From Toensbergia leucococca (taxonomy: Eukaryota): a stretch of DNA of 62,679 nt. The position numbers were made by a program, and so were the translations under genes. Location: NCBI GenBank assembly GCA_022813965.1, contig JALDZS010000144.1, positions 1 to 62,679 on the forward strand, in the 5' to 3' direction. This document shows, one piece after another, positions 12,777-25,868 of the stretch (the first letter of the stretch is position 1; the number at the start of each line of letters is the position of its first letter). The notes under the pieces were generated by a model. That model was not told where the DNA came from and made no database searches. It saw nothing but the letters and a program-made list of their open reading frames with translations.

Positions 12777-13583
12777 TCAAGCAATAGCAAAGATAGTGGA
12801 GATCTCAAGGTGAGAGGAACGAATCCAGATTATATGTTCAGACTTCGCCGAGTGATGTGTACTTGATCGTTGGGAACGCTTGATTGACAGTTGCTTGGTT
12901 GTGTATCATGCCACAATCAGCCTTGCAAGCATTCTGCATAAATGTGGCGTAACGGTTTTCAATAACCTGACTATTTTAGTGAAACAGAGTTACAGCTCCG
13001 TACTCCGTACTAGTACTTATAATGCTACGAGTGATCTTGGAATCTAATTAACTCTCATCAGTATTATTCTCTGGGTGAGTGTAGATTTTGTATGTCACTT
13101 TCAAGAGCGTTGCGCTGTGGTTGATGCTAATCTACGTATTTTTTGTTGACAAATGTGCTCGCTTCTGTTCCCTGACGGAGAGAGCGAGACATTCCAATGC
13201 TATCGACTGGAAACATTCAAATAAGGGGTTTGTGCGGAGTGGAGTAGTGACATACTTGAAGGTTAACTCGGAAACCAAGATCACCTTCAAACATTTTAGT
13301 AAAGAGATAGCTCCGAGGCTATGCAAGTTGAGCCCACAACAGGCTTGGTGATGACAAGCGTACCCCAGAAGGCGAACGACCCGCTTGACACCTGTAGATG
13401 CATACAAGAATAGATGCTTCCATGTCCAAGGCGCTGTTGTCGAGAGGGCATTCTCTTCATACACCGCCGTTTTCGTAGACCGGCAGTCCCCGAGCAGCAT
13501 TTGAATGAAACATATGGACTCGGGAAATGAACTAAAATTCGACCACGCACTGCTGCCACATATTATCCTATGGCTATTGAGCA

Positions 13584-15620
13584 TCAAGCCCCACGCACAG
13601 AAGCAGTGCCTCCAGCATTAGTTATCACATCGCCGGCAGCGGAGCGTAGGCTTTGATTATGGTACTGAGCTATGGGCTGAGGGATTCTTGACGGGGATGG
13701 GACTGACACAGGTATCGGGTCGTCTTCGTAGTCATCGGCCAGATGTTCTTCGCTCTGAATTCCTTGGTGATGCATTGACGCCTTATCTGTCGGTTGCTGG
13801 TCAAGGGCCTGTCTAGGGGCGGGTTGCTGAACCTGGGTGGCGGCGTTCTTCGCTGCATTCTTACTTCCCTTCTTACCTTTTCTTCCCTTCGATTTTGCCT
13901 TTTCGAGTAAGCGTTGCTTCTCAGCAAGTCGTCTTCGTTCTCGTTGATCTTTGATCTCATACTGTCTCACCAATGCTTCAGGGGGGGAGCCGAAAATGCT
14001 CTCGTATTCACAAAATTCACAAATCCAGATCTCCTCGTTACTTGGTGGGTGGTGGTAGTTGATATTGCTTTGTTGAAGACGGCGCTCACGGGCTGCCATA
14101 GCGTACTGCTTTCCTGGTGGGCGACGGGGCTTCTTTTTTTCTTGAAGAGCAGGCTGACTAGCGCCAGTATGCTGTGGTGCAGGTTGGCCTACTATACTTG
14201 GACTGGTCTGGGTCCCTTGAGTAGCGAAATCTTTTGAATTTTCGTCTGATTGTGCTCGTGGCATACTTGATTGGGGAGGTGTGCCATAAGGCACGCCCGC
14301 CATTAGGCTTTGCTGCCCGGGCCAAACCATAGCCTTCGCGGAATCTGACTCGCAAGTGAACGTGAACTGGGTTTTCGTCGAAGAAGACTTTTTGCCTGAT
14401 TGCTGTTCAAGCAGACTGACATTCTCCTGACCTTTCGACGAAATTGCTGGGAGGGCAGCTGCATTCGCAATCGCTGCTGATATAATCCCTCGATCTGAGA
14501 GCTGAGGTGCAGCACTGTCTAATCTCAGGTCAGTACAAGACAGAAATCTAGCACATTCGCCTGTCACCTTTGCCACTAGTATTTCCCGACATCGTGTAGT
14601 CTCGCCTGACTGCGCTAGCCCGGACTGCCTGGGATGCATTCAGGCCATTCATCGAGACACCCAAGGGACTCCTCCCGCCTGCATTTCGTAGACTAGCTCG
14701 CCCATACCGACCCCTTCCGGCACCAGATATTCCTGTTCCAGAAGAGACGGCTGGTACAGCTGAATTTCCAGTGCCGTAGTACTGGCCTACGCCGCCATCA
14801 GATTCCGCATGTGACGCTTCGACGTCACGCACCGAAATACCCATATTAGCCATCTCGGCGGACAAGGACGAACTATGGGACCCTAGAGCTCCTGGTGTTG
14901 GGATTTTGCGTTTCTTTTTGTTGTTTGTGTTCTCGAACGAGTCATAGCCATCCACAGAATCTATTGAGGAAGCTGCGGACTGCGATATCGTTGGCTTCAT
15001 AGGTTTGCCAAATTCTGCTCGCCCTGCTCCGTGGGCGAAGTTTCGTGGCACATAAGTCATTGCCTGACGCTGCTCCTGATAGCGACGGATTATTCCGACC
15101 CCGTCTTCCTCATCGCTGTCGGCATCATTGCCCTTGAATTGATAGCCGTTCTTACTGTCCCCGTTACTAACATGTTGAGCCTGGGATAAAGCTTGATCTG
15201 TCTCCGTTACTCCCCCAGTTGCAAGTGCCCCGTTGATGTACGGTGCTGAATCATTATAAGGAAGGTAGAGAAGTGGTTTGCATGGTGCCGGGGGATATTG
15301 TATTGAGTCTGCAAGCTCAGAAGACAACCGAGAGCGCAGGCGTCGTTTGGGCAAAGGACGGATTGGCCTATCCGGATATATGGGAGAGGTGGTGTCGGAA
15401 GAGTTCGGCGGTGGAGAGGGTGGGGAATAAGCAGAGCCTGTAAATATAGTTGACAGACAACGCGTCAGCTTGGTATGAACCCAAGTAAACATACTGATCG
15501 AAGTTGCGATACAACGGAAGGAAAGCTTGTTGCTGCTGATCAAGGCGAAAAAGAAGTTGATAATAGGAACATGCATTGTGTTAGAGGTTGTAGAGGCAGG
15601 TGCAAGTGGGCCATACCCAT
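13584..15620 (-). CDS. Conserved fungal protein of unknown function (C-terminal WICEFCEYE motif), probably 3 exons
   Basis: Exons ~15620-15617 (ATG G|GTATGG, start inferred), 15437-14568 and 14518-13584. Conserved-looking blocks SPIYPDRPIRPLPKRRLRSRLS, GYDSFENTNNKKKRKIP and IWICEFCEYESIFGSPPEALVRQYEIKD. Confidence 0.75.
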
Positions 15621-17004
15621 CGCCAACGACATCATAGCTGTGTATGTGCGAGGAAGCGGCCTTGAGAATGTTCATAGATTTTCCTCTAAGCAGGGTACTT
15701 TTGAGCGGCTTGATAATCGTTTGATGCTCCGTGGGCTCAGTAAGATTTGGTATTCCCTGGTCGGGATTTATGTCAGCAATTTAAACCATCTCTGACTGCT
15801 GCCAGAACGAAAGCTCGCCCACATACAGTCATCAGGCCTTCTGGAATGAGGCACAACACAAGAAGAACTTCCTAGACAATGGCCGAGCTGAAGAAGAAGA
15901 GTTTCTTACCACTACTGTTGAGATCCAATGGACAATCCCCCGGGAACCATGCGTAATGAACAGACAATACGCAGTATGGAGCAGGGCACAGAGCGGTCGC
16001 CGTCACTTCGTTACTCGTGGGAGGGAAGGACAGCCTTCGTAATGATATCGAAGTTAAGAATAGTTTCATGGAGATTATTGCATCCATTATCGCTTCATCA
16101 TGACAACGCTAACGCCTTTTGGATTGAATGAGGGATCTTCTCCCGAGGGCCGAAAGCTTCACATCCTCGACCTCCACGTCTGAAGTAGTAGCATGAGCAT
16201 CAAATACTGCAAATAGCACGTAGGTAGGCAACGGTGGAATTGATATACTGCCAGGAAATCTAAGATGAGGATTGATCGATTATCACCAACATGCTATGGT
16301 TTCCTGTCTCTCTCTTTCTCTCACTCTTCACAGCCTTTGATCAACAAACAGTATCATGAGATCTTTTCCAATTTGAGAGTGGTCTTCATTCTAGCTCTCA
16401 GGGCTTCCATGTCGAGGTGTTGCAATAGAGTGTATTACTCACAGAATCCCATGACATGGGGATATTGAGTGGTCATGCCTCCTCAGGCTGAATGAGTGTC
16501 ATGACCGGCTGGAAAATGGAACACGCTCGAGAAGTAGGGATTGGAAATAGGGAACAAATTCGAAATAGTGCATGAAAACAGCTTAGGACATCTGATTGAA
16601 TGAGACATACGAATCAACGGCCTTGCCAACAAGTACTCGACAGCTTTAATCCGGTCAAGCCCTAATTCTGTGCATGGCTCGCTAGGCTGATTTAGAATAC
16701 GGAAGCCGCGAATTTCCAGCGCGGTCAAAGCTTTTGTGCCCACTTTGCCCTCGATCAACTCGACACACCGTCGAACCTTTGTGTCTTTACACCCTCATTT
16801 CGCTGAATTACTAGTGGTGGAGCTTCAAAATTGTCCCTACCGACTTGTTCTCCTACCATTCTGCCTATTCATTCAGTCCTCTCACTCACATTCTCGTTTG
16901 ACTTGACTCTATGCGCAGTCCCCTCGTACTTCAGACGCAATTTATCGAACTATGCTCGACGTTTAGTGACGACTGTATAGCTTTACAGAAGCAGCAAATC
17001 AGCC

Positions 17005-19073
17005 ATGAATCCTCGGCGCTCCTCACGCCACACCAATTCCCAACCCCCTTCCGCCCCACAACCAGCCAGCTCTTCGGCATCCTCAATAACATCAAGCCGT
17101 GCGGAACGAAACACTCGCTCCCATCATAAATTCCCTTCCCCACGAAGGTCCGTACTTCCACGATCGCAGTCCTTGGAAGACCTCGACCCTGCAACGAAGT
17201 CTCAGTCGCGTCAGGTAAAAGGTAGACAAGAAGACCAAAAGGATGACACTGCCAATGTCTTCGATGATGAAGAAGATGAAGAAGCAGAGGAGGAGGAAGT
17301 GACTCGATGCATTTGTGGTCTTCAGGAATATCCAGGATTGCCTGCAGCCATTGTCGACGCTGCGAAGGCCGGCTCTAGGGACAATGGCGAACCAAATTCT
17401 ACAGCGTTACCATCTGACCTTGTTCTTGAATTCATACAGTGTGATACCTGTAAGGTCTGGCAGCATGGGGGCTGCGTAGGAATCCCGTACGATTCTCAGA
17501 ATCCTGATGAGTACTTTTGCGAGCAGTGCCGCAAGGATTTGCATCAGGTTAATATTGCAAGCAATGGGTAAACTCAATGCCTAGCTCACTATCTTGGCTC
17601 TCAAATAACGTCAATAGGCAAAAATACTCTCAATACCTTCCTGTACACGAAGCGACCTCTGCCCAGGCTTCCCCAGACTCTGCAGCTCAGAACAAGGGTT
17701 CGAAAAGAGCGAAAGACTCCAAAGGCTCGCGTTTAGGCTCAGAAAATCTAGCTGGAAAGCGCCGGTCCACCATGAACAGCCGTGATGCGGCGTATGATGA
17801 GGCAGAGCAACTTCGAAGGGCGATAGAGGAGAGTAAGAAAGAGGGAGGAGCTGAAAGCATAGATTTGAGCACACGAAGGAGGAAACGTAGTCGGAGCGAG
17901 AGTGATGAGTAAGTCCACATCTCTTCTGCTGCGTACGAGGTATTGAACACTGTGGCATTCAATCTTGGCATAAGACCTGTGGTTTGAAATGTGAAAGATT
18001 CAATACTAAGGACTTGTTTCCCCTGCAGGCGTAAAGAGGGTACAAAGCGGCAGCGAACGACTTCAGATTCCTCTTCATCTATCACTCAAGGTAAAACATC
18101 TCCACAGAATGGTGGATCTGAGCATGAAAATCCTTCTGTGGTAAAACCTGTCGAAGGAAACCATAAGAAAATACGGGGTGCAGCTGGGAGGAATCACCGA
18201 GAGAGAGATTTTCGCGACCATGAAGAGAAAAGAGAGAGAGAACGCGCTGACGCAGCAGGTAGACGAAAAGGCCGTGCAGAGCGTCGACGAGGAGATGGTA
18301 AACTCCTTACATAACTCATAGCAATGCCAAGTTAACGCTCTCCAGATTCCGATCCCTCAGAGGAACCTGTCTCCCGCACCACCTCTCTGAAAGGTCCCGA
18401 CGTAACCGGTCATCCTCCTTTCCTCTCGCAACCCGTACCGTCTTCCCCAATACCTCCTCCTGACAAAGTAACGCCAAAGGCATCCCACAAGAAAACCGGC
18501 CGACCTCCAGCACGACGTGGCCGGATTGGGCGAAACCAGTATACCAAAGACCGAGACCTCCTACCCTCGGTACTCAACCCCAACGACGCAGATAATTCCC
18601 CTGCACGCTCGAATTCTCGGGAAGAGGAAGATACGCCACATGTGAATGGAAACACCAACGGGGCAGGCGAATGTGGCAAGCCAAGCAAGCCGAGGCACAT
18701 GAACCCTAATCGCACGACTATGAACGATATGAAGCGGCGCGTGGCAGGAATATTGGAGTTTATCAGTCATACGCAAGTGGAGCTAGCAGGGGAGGAGCGA
18801 GGGAGAACCTCGCCATTGGGGGGAATTAATCATGGAAACGAGAACCAGGCTCGGGAAGTGAATGAAAGTAAGAAGGATGAAGCTGGCGGAAGGGAGACGG
18901 AGGCGCCAGCGAAAGAGCCCGCGAAGGGGCCGGTGGAGAGAGTGAAAAACGGTCGGGGCGGGACACTCGGGGAGAAGGACTTTAAAGGACTGAATAGCTT
19001 GGAGATGATGGAGGCGTTGACGAGAAGGTTAATGTTGTGGCAGGCTGAGTATGGCAAATGGGGAGAAAAGTGA
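17005..19073 (+). CDS. cti6: PHD-finger protein, Cti6-like (Rpd3L histone deacetylase complex subunit), 4 exons
   Basis: PHD finger VTRCICG...FIQCDTCKVWQHGGCVGI..YFCEQC, then RRSTMNSRDAAYDEAEQLRRAIEES, GRNQYTKD and TTMNDMKRRVAGILEFISHTQVE. Introns at ~17568-17617, ~17909-18028 and ~18298-18345. Confidence 0.8.
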
Positions 19074-19798
19074 ACTCGGCTTTGGATGAGGGATGCATGG
19101 CGTTTCATGTTGACGAGAGGGAGTGCCCGCGCCCTCTTCACACATTTGCATTGCTGTGGGAGAGGGCAAAGGGAGACTCAGCCGTCATGATACAAGTTAT
19201 GATCAGCCCCAATATCCTGATCTGAATTCTAAACCATGGTCCTCGGAGTTTTATATTGATCACATGCTCTCATTTCTAATTGAAACTTTCGTGTGCAGTG
19301 AGAATTTTGATATGATTTTGCCAATGATTTACTAAGAGTATTACGCTATCCCTTTTACTTGTCTCGCGAAACTTAGCAGCGACTTCATCGGTGCATCGGT
19401 TTAAGCATGTCCTTCCAATCGTTCTCCTTCCAAGCATTCTCCTTCCAGGCTCTTGAGTACCTAGGAACAATGCTGCTGGCCGAAAACTTGGGTATATCCC
19501 TTCTATTGACGCCATGTGATATGCTATGCTGATGCTGAAAAGGAAAAAGGGTGCTCATGAATAACCTCGGGAAGAAGCGGGAATGCCTGATGTAGTAATG
19601 AAAAAACCAAAGAAGCATATAAATTAGTCTTCTGATGCCGCTAAAGCAAACCAGGTGACGCTTGCAGTTCATGTTCCCGGGGTATAAAATTGCAAATTCC
19701 TTGAGCAGGAAGGTCAGTCTATCGGAAGATTATAGAGCTACGAGATCTTTGCCACGAGACGTGAGGTGTCCATTGAGTCTCGCAGAACATTACACCAA

Positions 19799-22700
19799 TT
19801 ACATATTCAGAACCTTTGATTTGTCTCCAAGAAATTGGGAGCGATAAGCCGTTATCTCGGAAGCCACAGTGTCGAAGTTCTTGACTTTTCTGGATCGAAT
19901 CTCCGAGATAACCTGCTTTAAGCCAGTGACATAAGCGTCTCCTTCGGCTGTTGATAGGCCCTTAGGCTGGGATCCCATTTGGACAAGGACCTTATCATCT
20001 GTGAGAGTTAGAGGGTCCTGTGTCAGCTCCCGGACAACGAAAAGCTAATTCGTAGAGATGGGATAAGTAAAAGTAGGACGCAACTAGGGAGAAAAGCCAA
20101 TGAACTTGAGAAAAGGATAGTGAAGACTAGCTTTGCTTTTTCAACGCACCACTCAAAATCATACTTCTGAAATGCTGACTGTCACAGGAATTATCATTGC
20201 ATATGCCTCCCGCAGCTTCATAACGACAAACAGGCATGCTTGGATTTATGCTGTGACTGTATGTCAAAGACCTAAAACCGCCTGAGACTTCGGGAACGAA
20301 GTCTGGGTGATAGCGATATGACTTGAAAAGCTTCAATGGACTCTCATAAGGAGTGAAATGGTCTTGCTTGGAAATCCGCGACGATATTACATCCTAAACA
20401 GCTATTAGAGCGATACCGGGAAAGGAGTAAGATGACTCGCCTCTTGGATTTTAGGATTCGCTGGCTGCAAGACATTGATGTCCACAACTTCTGCAGCGTC
20501 TGATGTATTCTTGGACGGTAGGAATGGATGTTCCTCCTCAGCATTATTCTTCGCCGGTGGGCTCACGACCGCTCGAGAAGTGATTACAACATCTGGTAAA
20601 ATGGTGGTAAGTTCTACAGGGGATGTCGGCTCAGGTGGTTCATAATCAAAATCGCTAGAGTCAGTAGGGGATCGGCTACGAGAAGAACGCTGTCTCTCAA
20701 CTTGTGCATCAGCACCCGCGGAAGCCTCGTAAACGGCTTCCGGCTCTTCGGAAGCTCCTAGATTGTCATTAACATCGTCTGTGACAAGGAGAAGCTTCGC
20801 TGGGTCAAGCGCTTGGGCGTTGGCAGTCGGCCTAGCTTTCGGCTGTGAGTCATCAACCCCAAGATGGGGATTGATCTGGAACGCCTTGGGCGCCTCATAC
20901 AAATCGCTGGTATCGGAAGGGCCTATAGCTGCTGGATTATGGGTAGGAGGTTCAGGGCTGTAATCAGTGAATTCGCCTTCATCAAGATCGCTACGAGATA
21001 TATCCATGTTTTCTTCACCAACGTCCTTAGCCGATGACATTTGCGTCACGGAGAATGTCGACGGAGTTGGGGAAACGCGAGACTCATGGTGTGGTGGAGC
21101 TGGAGATAAATTCCCATCATTTGCAAGTTTCTCGTTTTGGACGACATCGATAGGTTCGAACGGTTCTGTAAAAGCAAACCCATAGCATGAGATTCTTAAT
21201 CTTCCAAAAGCTGCTTCTGCAAACTCTCATAATCACAAAAGAAGGTAAAAAGCCACCATCGAATGGGGTCACTCACCTTGTTTGTCCCCTAGACTCCTTC
21301 GCGATTGATTTACATTCTCGTGCACGATGCTAATTGCCATTCCGTTTGGCAGTTCTTTCATATAATCTGTTAAGCCATCAAGCTCCGCCAGGAGTACTCG
21401 TCTACCTTCCACTCCTTTCTGGACTTCTGCTTCAAGGTTCTCAATCTCCTGCCTTAAAACCTGGAGGTTCTGTCTTGTTCTTGCTACTTCGGCATCTAAG
21501 ATGGGTAAACCGGACTCAATCTCTACCCGTCGTCGTCTTCTCTGCTCCACCTCTGCAGCGGTTGCTGCCTCTTCCGCTTGTACACGTTCTGTCTCGGCCT
21601 TAAGCAACGTTTCTTCCCTTACCCGCTGTTCCGCAAGCAATCGTTCTTTCAAGGCGGCTTCAGCAGCTTTCGCAAGTTCGTGATCCTTCGCCTGCTGTGC
21701 CAAAACCAGCTGCTGTTGCTTGGCGATCTCGACAGCTTCCGCCAGTTCCCGATATTTTTCCTTTTCCTGTTGCTGCATATGTATTTGCTCTTGCCTAACG
21801 GCTTCAGCAGCCTCGGCTTGTTTGCGATCTCTTTCATGCTGTTCTTTGAGCAATTCATTCTGCCTATTGGCCTCAGCAGCTTCGGCTATTCTACGGTCCG
21901 TTGCTTGCTTATCTGCAAATATTCGCTCTTGCATGCTGTTCTCTACAGTTTTGGAAGCGAGGAGTGTAATTGTCTGAGATCGAAGCTGCTCATTAGCTGC
22001 ATCGATAGATCGCTCAATGTCTGTTGTAGTCTTTTGCTGCTCAGTGATTTCTACCGGTGTCATGTCGCGGTTTGGTGTACTTCGATGATGACCTGGAGTG
22101 CCAGGTGTTTGTGCGCGGCTTGTGGTCTGCTTGGCCTTTCTCCGTTGTTCTAGCTCTGCAATCTTTCGATTCATGAGCTGAATTTGCTCCTCCTTGAACT
22201 TGAGATCCTCCTGCTCTTTGCCTTTTCCTGGCGTTTGGATTGCGGGAGGTGTACCGAAAGCAGACATAGTAGCAGGTTTTTTCCTAGTTGGAAAATCACT
22301 TAGCGGTGGAAGATCTCGTGGGAGTTTCTTCTTATCAGCGTTAGCCTCTGTAGCATTTATGTGTGTAACAACTGGCCCTTGTTCGATGTTCATATCCAAG
22401 TGGTCCTCATCCGATTCATCTGTGGCCTCATCCTCACTGATCTCAATTATAACAGAGGTGTCTTCGTTCTGTCCTAATGGTCTCTTAATCTTGACTGCAG
22501 GAGACTCGATGAAATCCACAGCCCTTTTTCGCTTACGAGTTTCACTAGGCATCTCTATGCTAGGCATCGCCAGTGAAGTGCTCTCTTCGCTCATGATTAC
22601 GTCAGATGTTTCGCCAGACCTAGCAAAGACGGGGACCATGATAGAATGGCTTGGAGATTGATCGTCTTGTACGGCTGCTCCCAGTGGTGACAGGCCAGCT

Positions 22701-25121
22701 TGTTCTTGCAGATCAATATGCAATGCCGCTGTGGAAGACTGGGTTGTCGATGCATTGTTACTTGCTGTTGACACCAAAGGAGCGGATACCATGAAAAGTC
22801 CAGGAATCGTGAATGAGGGCGTACGGCTGGTGGGGCCGCAGTTAGAGCTTTGTCCAATACGTAGGGGAGCATTCGTTCTTGTGGTCGTTAACGATTGTGG
22901 CAAGTGTAGAGGACCCTCCCATGAGTCGGGTCGTTGATGGACTGTCCCGACCCGGTTCTGTAAATCCAGGACATTGGATGGTAGCTCTTCAGGCGAGAAA
23001 TGCTGATTTGTAAAAGATGGTTGCTCGTTGTTCGAGACCTGAGGCCCCCTTTGTGAGATGCCGTCCTGATGCTTCAGCAATTTGATTTTCTGGAGGGCTA
23101 GGTCAGTCTGAACGTTCTTTTCGGATTCTGTATCTGCAAGTCCAGTGGACAACGATTGTTTGGCGGTTTGATTCGATGATTCAGCAAAAACATCGGGGGT
23201 CGCCGCGGCTCCTTCTGCTTTGAGATCCTTTTGGGTGTTTGCGGCACGTCTAAGACTGGTCTTGCCATCTAAATCAGAAGTCATAAGATCGAGATTCCCA
23301 GTAAGTGAATCTTTTCCCTCAGAGGTAACGTCTCTTGAGTCGGCAGTCAACGATGAAGGTATAGCTTCCATCTTAGACTCTATCTCTGCCGGCGGTCTGG
23401 ATGACTGGGGAGTCATTGCTGTTGGGATTGGTTTGCCGGCCTTTGCAGCTAGCATTCGAGCAATATAGTCCTTACGTTCAAGAGATTTATCACCGGCCCT
23501 GACCGTCGTAGACCGGCTGACTAGGTTGGTGCCTGAAGGTTTTGAAGTCCTTGGAGCCATGACCGCCGCTGCTGCAATTACCTGGAGGTCTTGTGATGCT
23601 GTTTGGGCAGGAATCCGAGCACTACCGCTCCCATTCTCCACTGGAATCTTAAGCTCGCCGTTGAGACTTCTTGGTATCGAGGGTACTTTAGTCCCAACAG
23701 TCAGACTTGTAGAAAGACTTGAAGGCTTTTCGTGCGTCTGAGTTGACTCCTGTACCTGATCCAGGTTTCCGCTAAAGCCAACCTCATTGTTTGGGGGATG
23801 AAGCTTCAAAGTGACATTTATTCCTTCGTTTGGTGTCTTGAGATTAGCTACTTCATTGGTTTGAGTCTGTGACTCTATATCTATACCAATTTCGGAGTAC
23901 AACTCCCGCAGCAGTGCTGGTTCGATGCCCTCCTCTACAAGAGCTACAAATCCGATGTTCGGATACAATTCTCGTAATGCGTTCTTCGCAAGATTGCGTG
24001 TATCGAACAAGGACCTCTCTGTTGGTGGGTTGTGAGGTCGAGAAGAAGAAGACTTTGACAAGTCTTGGCGCAACTCATTGTCGGTAGCTAAGCCATTTTG
24101 ACGCGCCTGCATCGAATGACCATCACTCAAAATTGTAGCTTGGTGGTCTAGAACTACGGGAATTTCTGAGCGTAATTCAATAGTACCGAATTTGTGAAGC
24201 GTACCTGTGCCATTGCTTTCACGTTGGGTGTGTTGATATTCAAGTCCTCCGTCGTGGGCGTTCCGCCTCTTCCTAGGTAGCATATCTAGCTGTGAGTGAT
24301 TGCGGCTTTGGGGGGAAAAGCCCTGTAGGTTCTGTTGAAAGTGTTCTGTAGTCGAATATCTTGGGGTGGTCTCGCTGGATGATGGGTGATTTGCTATGTG
24401 AATGATGTCAGCATCCGAGCATTTGACCCGGCGCATAGAATCTTAGAATTAAACAACCTTTAAGATGAGGATCTGGCGAGGACGTGACTCTCTTTTGATG
24501 ATGATCGGATGCTTGTAATTGACTAATTTGGCTGTGGTTGCGAGTTGACGGCTCAATAGTAGATGGCACATGTGCAGACGTCTCTTTAGTCTGCTTACTT
24601 GATTCGCCATCACTGAGCTCGCCGTCTTCTCGATCTGTACTGACTCCCACGACTTGTCTTGAATCCTGAGAAGCCAATCCCGAAGTCTCCAGTGATTGAT
24701 CTGGAGGCTTCGCAGGGAGACTTACGTGAGGCTGCATCGTACGCAGAGTTGACAGGGAGTTATACTGTTTTGAAGGTGGCTGCGCGTAGGAAGCAAATTG
24801 CGATATTGGCACGGGTGGAAACGGCGGGGGAGGGAGGGAGCCATTTGGAAGCTGACCCAGACCTGGGAAAGGAGAGGGAGGCGCTCCGTTGCCAGAAGCA
24901 CCTGATTTCAAATTTTGAGCATTTACGTTGAACGCATATGCATTGGCGCGTTGTAGGGAAGGTGTGCCATTTGAAGGGGCTTGATGGATCGAATTCGAAT
25001 CTTGCGACTGCTGATATGGATATCGAGGTATGCCAGGTTGCACACCGCCTGACGGGATAGCATAATTGTGATTGGGGTTGAAAGCGGGTCCGAAAGGAGG
25101 CATTAAATGATAATTGGACAT
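19799..25121 (-). CDS. Large low-complexity/coiled-coil protein with C-terminal zf-C3H1 domain (Red1/ZFC3H1-like exosome adaptor)
   Basis: Spliced from ORFs 24408-25121, 21269-24436, 20405-21049 and 20127-20336 plus a last exon ending ...FLGDKSKVLNM* at 19799. Domain YESPLKLFKSYRYHP..GFRSLTYSHSINPSMPVCRYEAAGGICNDNSCDSQHF. DREDGELSD motif near the N-terminus. Confidence 0.8.
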
Positions 25122-25868
25122 GGTCGATGTGTTGCTAAGGTGAAGATCTTGATCACGCGTTCCTATGCATTAATAGATCCAAGCACTGGTTGGAGGCATA
25201 GTCATCATAAGCAACATTGTACAGACGAAATGGGGAAATAAGAGATTCTACAGGTCGAGACGATAACTTGGGACGGGTGTACTCCGGGATGGCAGGAGTC
25301 GAGACTGACTCTTTCAGGAGAGCAGTGATGAATGTCTGTCGTGGGCACACCACTCTTCGCACTGTACACATTCAGTGATGTACTGAGGTATGCGCTTTCG
25401 AATAGTGGAGGAGGAGAAGAAGAAGAGGAAGAAGAAGAAGTAAAAGGCAGGAGGAGAGAAAGTCATTCGCAAGTTTATTGGGAGGAAGATTTCGCCTTCG
25501 CCTTCACCTTAGACTTCTGTTCTAGCTAGGCTCGCTAAGGTAGGAGGGTATTGCTCCTTGATGCCGTTAGGCTTGGCCTAGTGCCTATCTGGACTAGCAC
25601 ATTAATGAATGTAAACAAACCCGCAGCCAATACGGATATCTAATCCCTAATCCTCGAATATAACATCCAGTCGCAATTGCTACTTTTGACACCTTGGTTG
25701 TCCGTGTTGTCTTTGAGATTTTTGGTTGAGCGTTTATACACGTCGACAATGCCTTAGATGATACCTACCATTTTTATATCACCATTCCGCCAGGACATGT
25801 TCTTTCTTTCTCTTACCGAGTACTGGAGACGTGATTGCTCTTCGCACTAGTTACGCTACGTCTAAAAT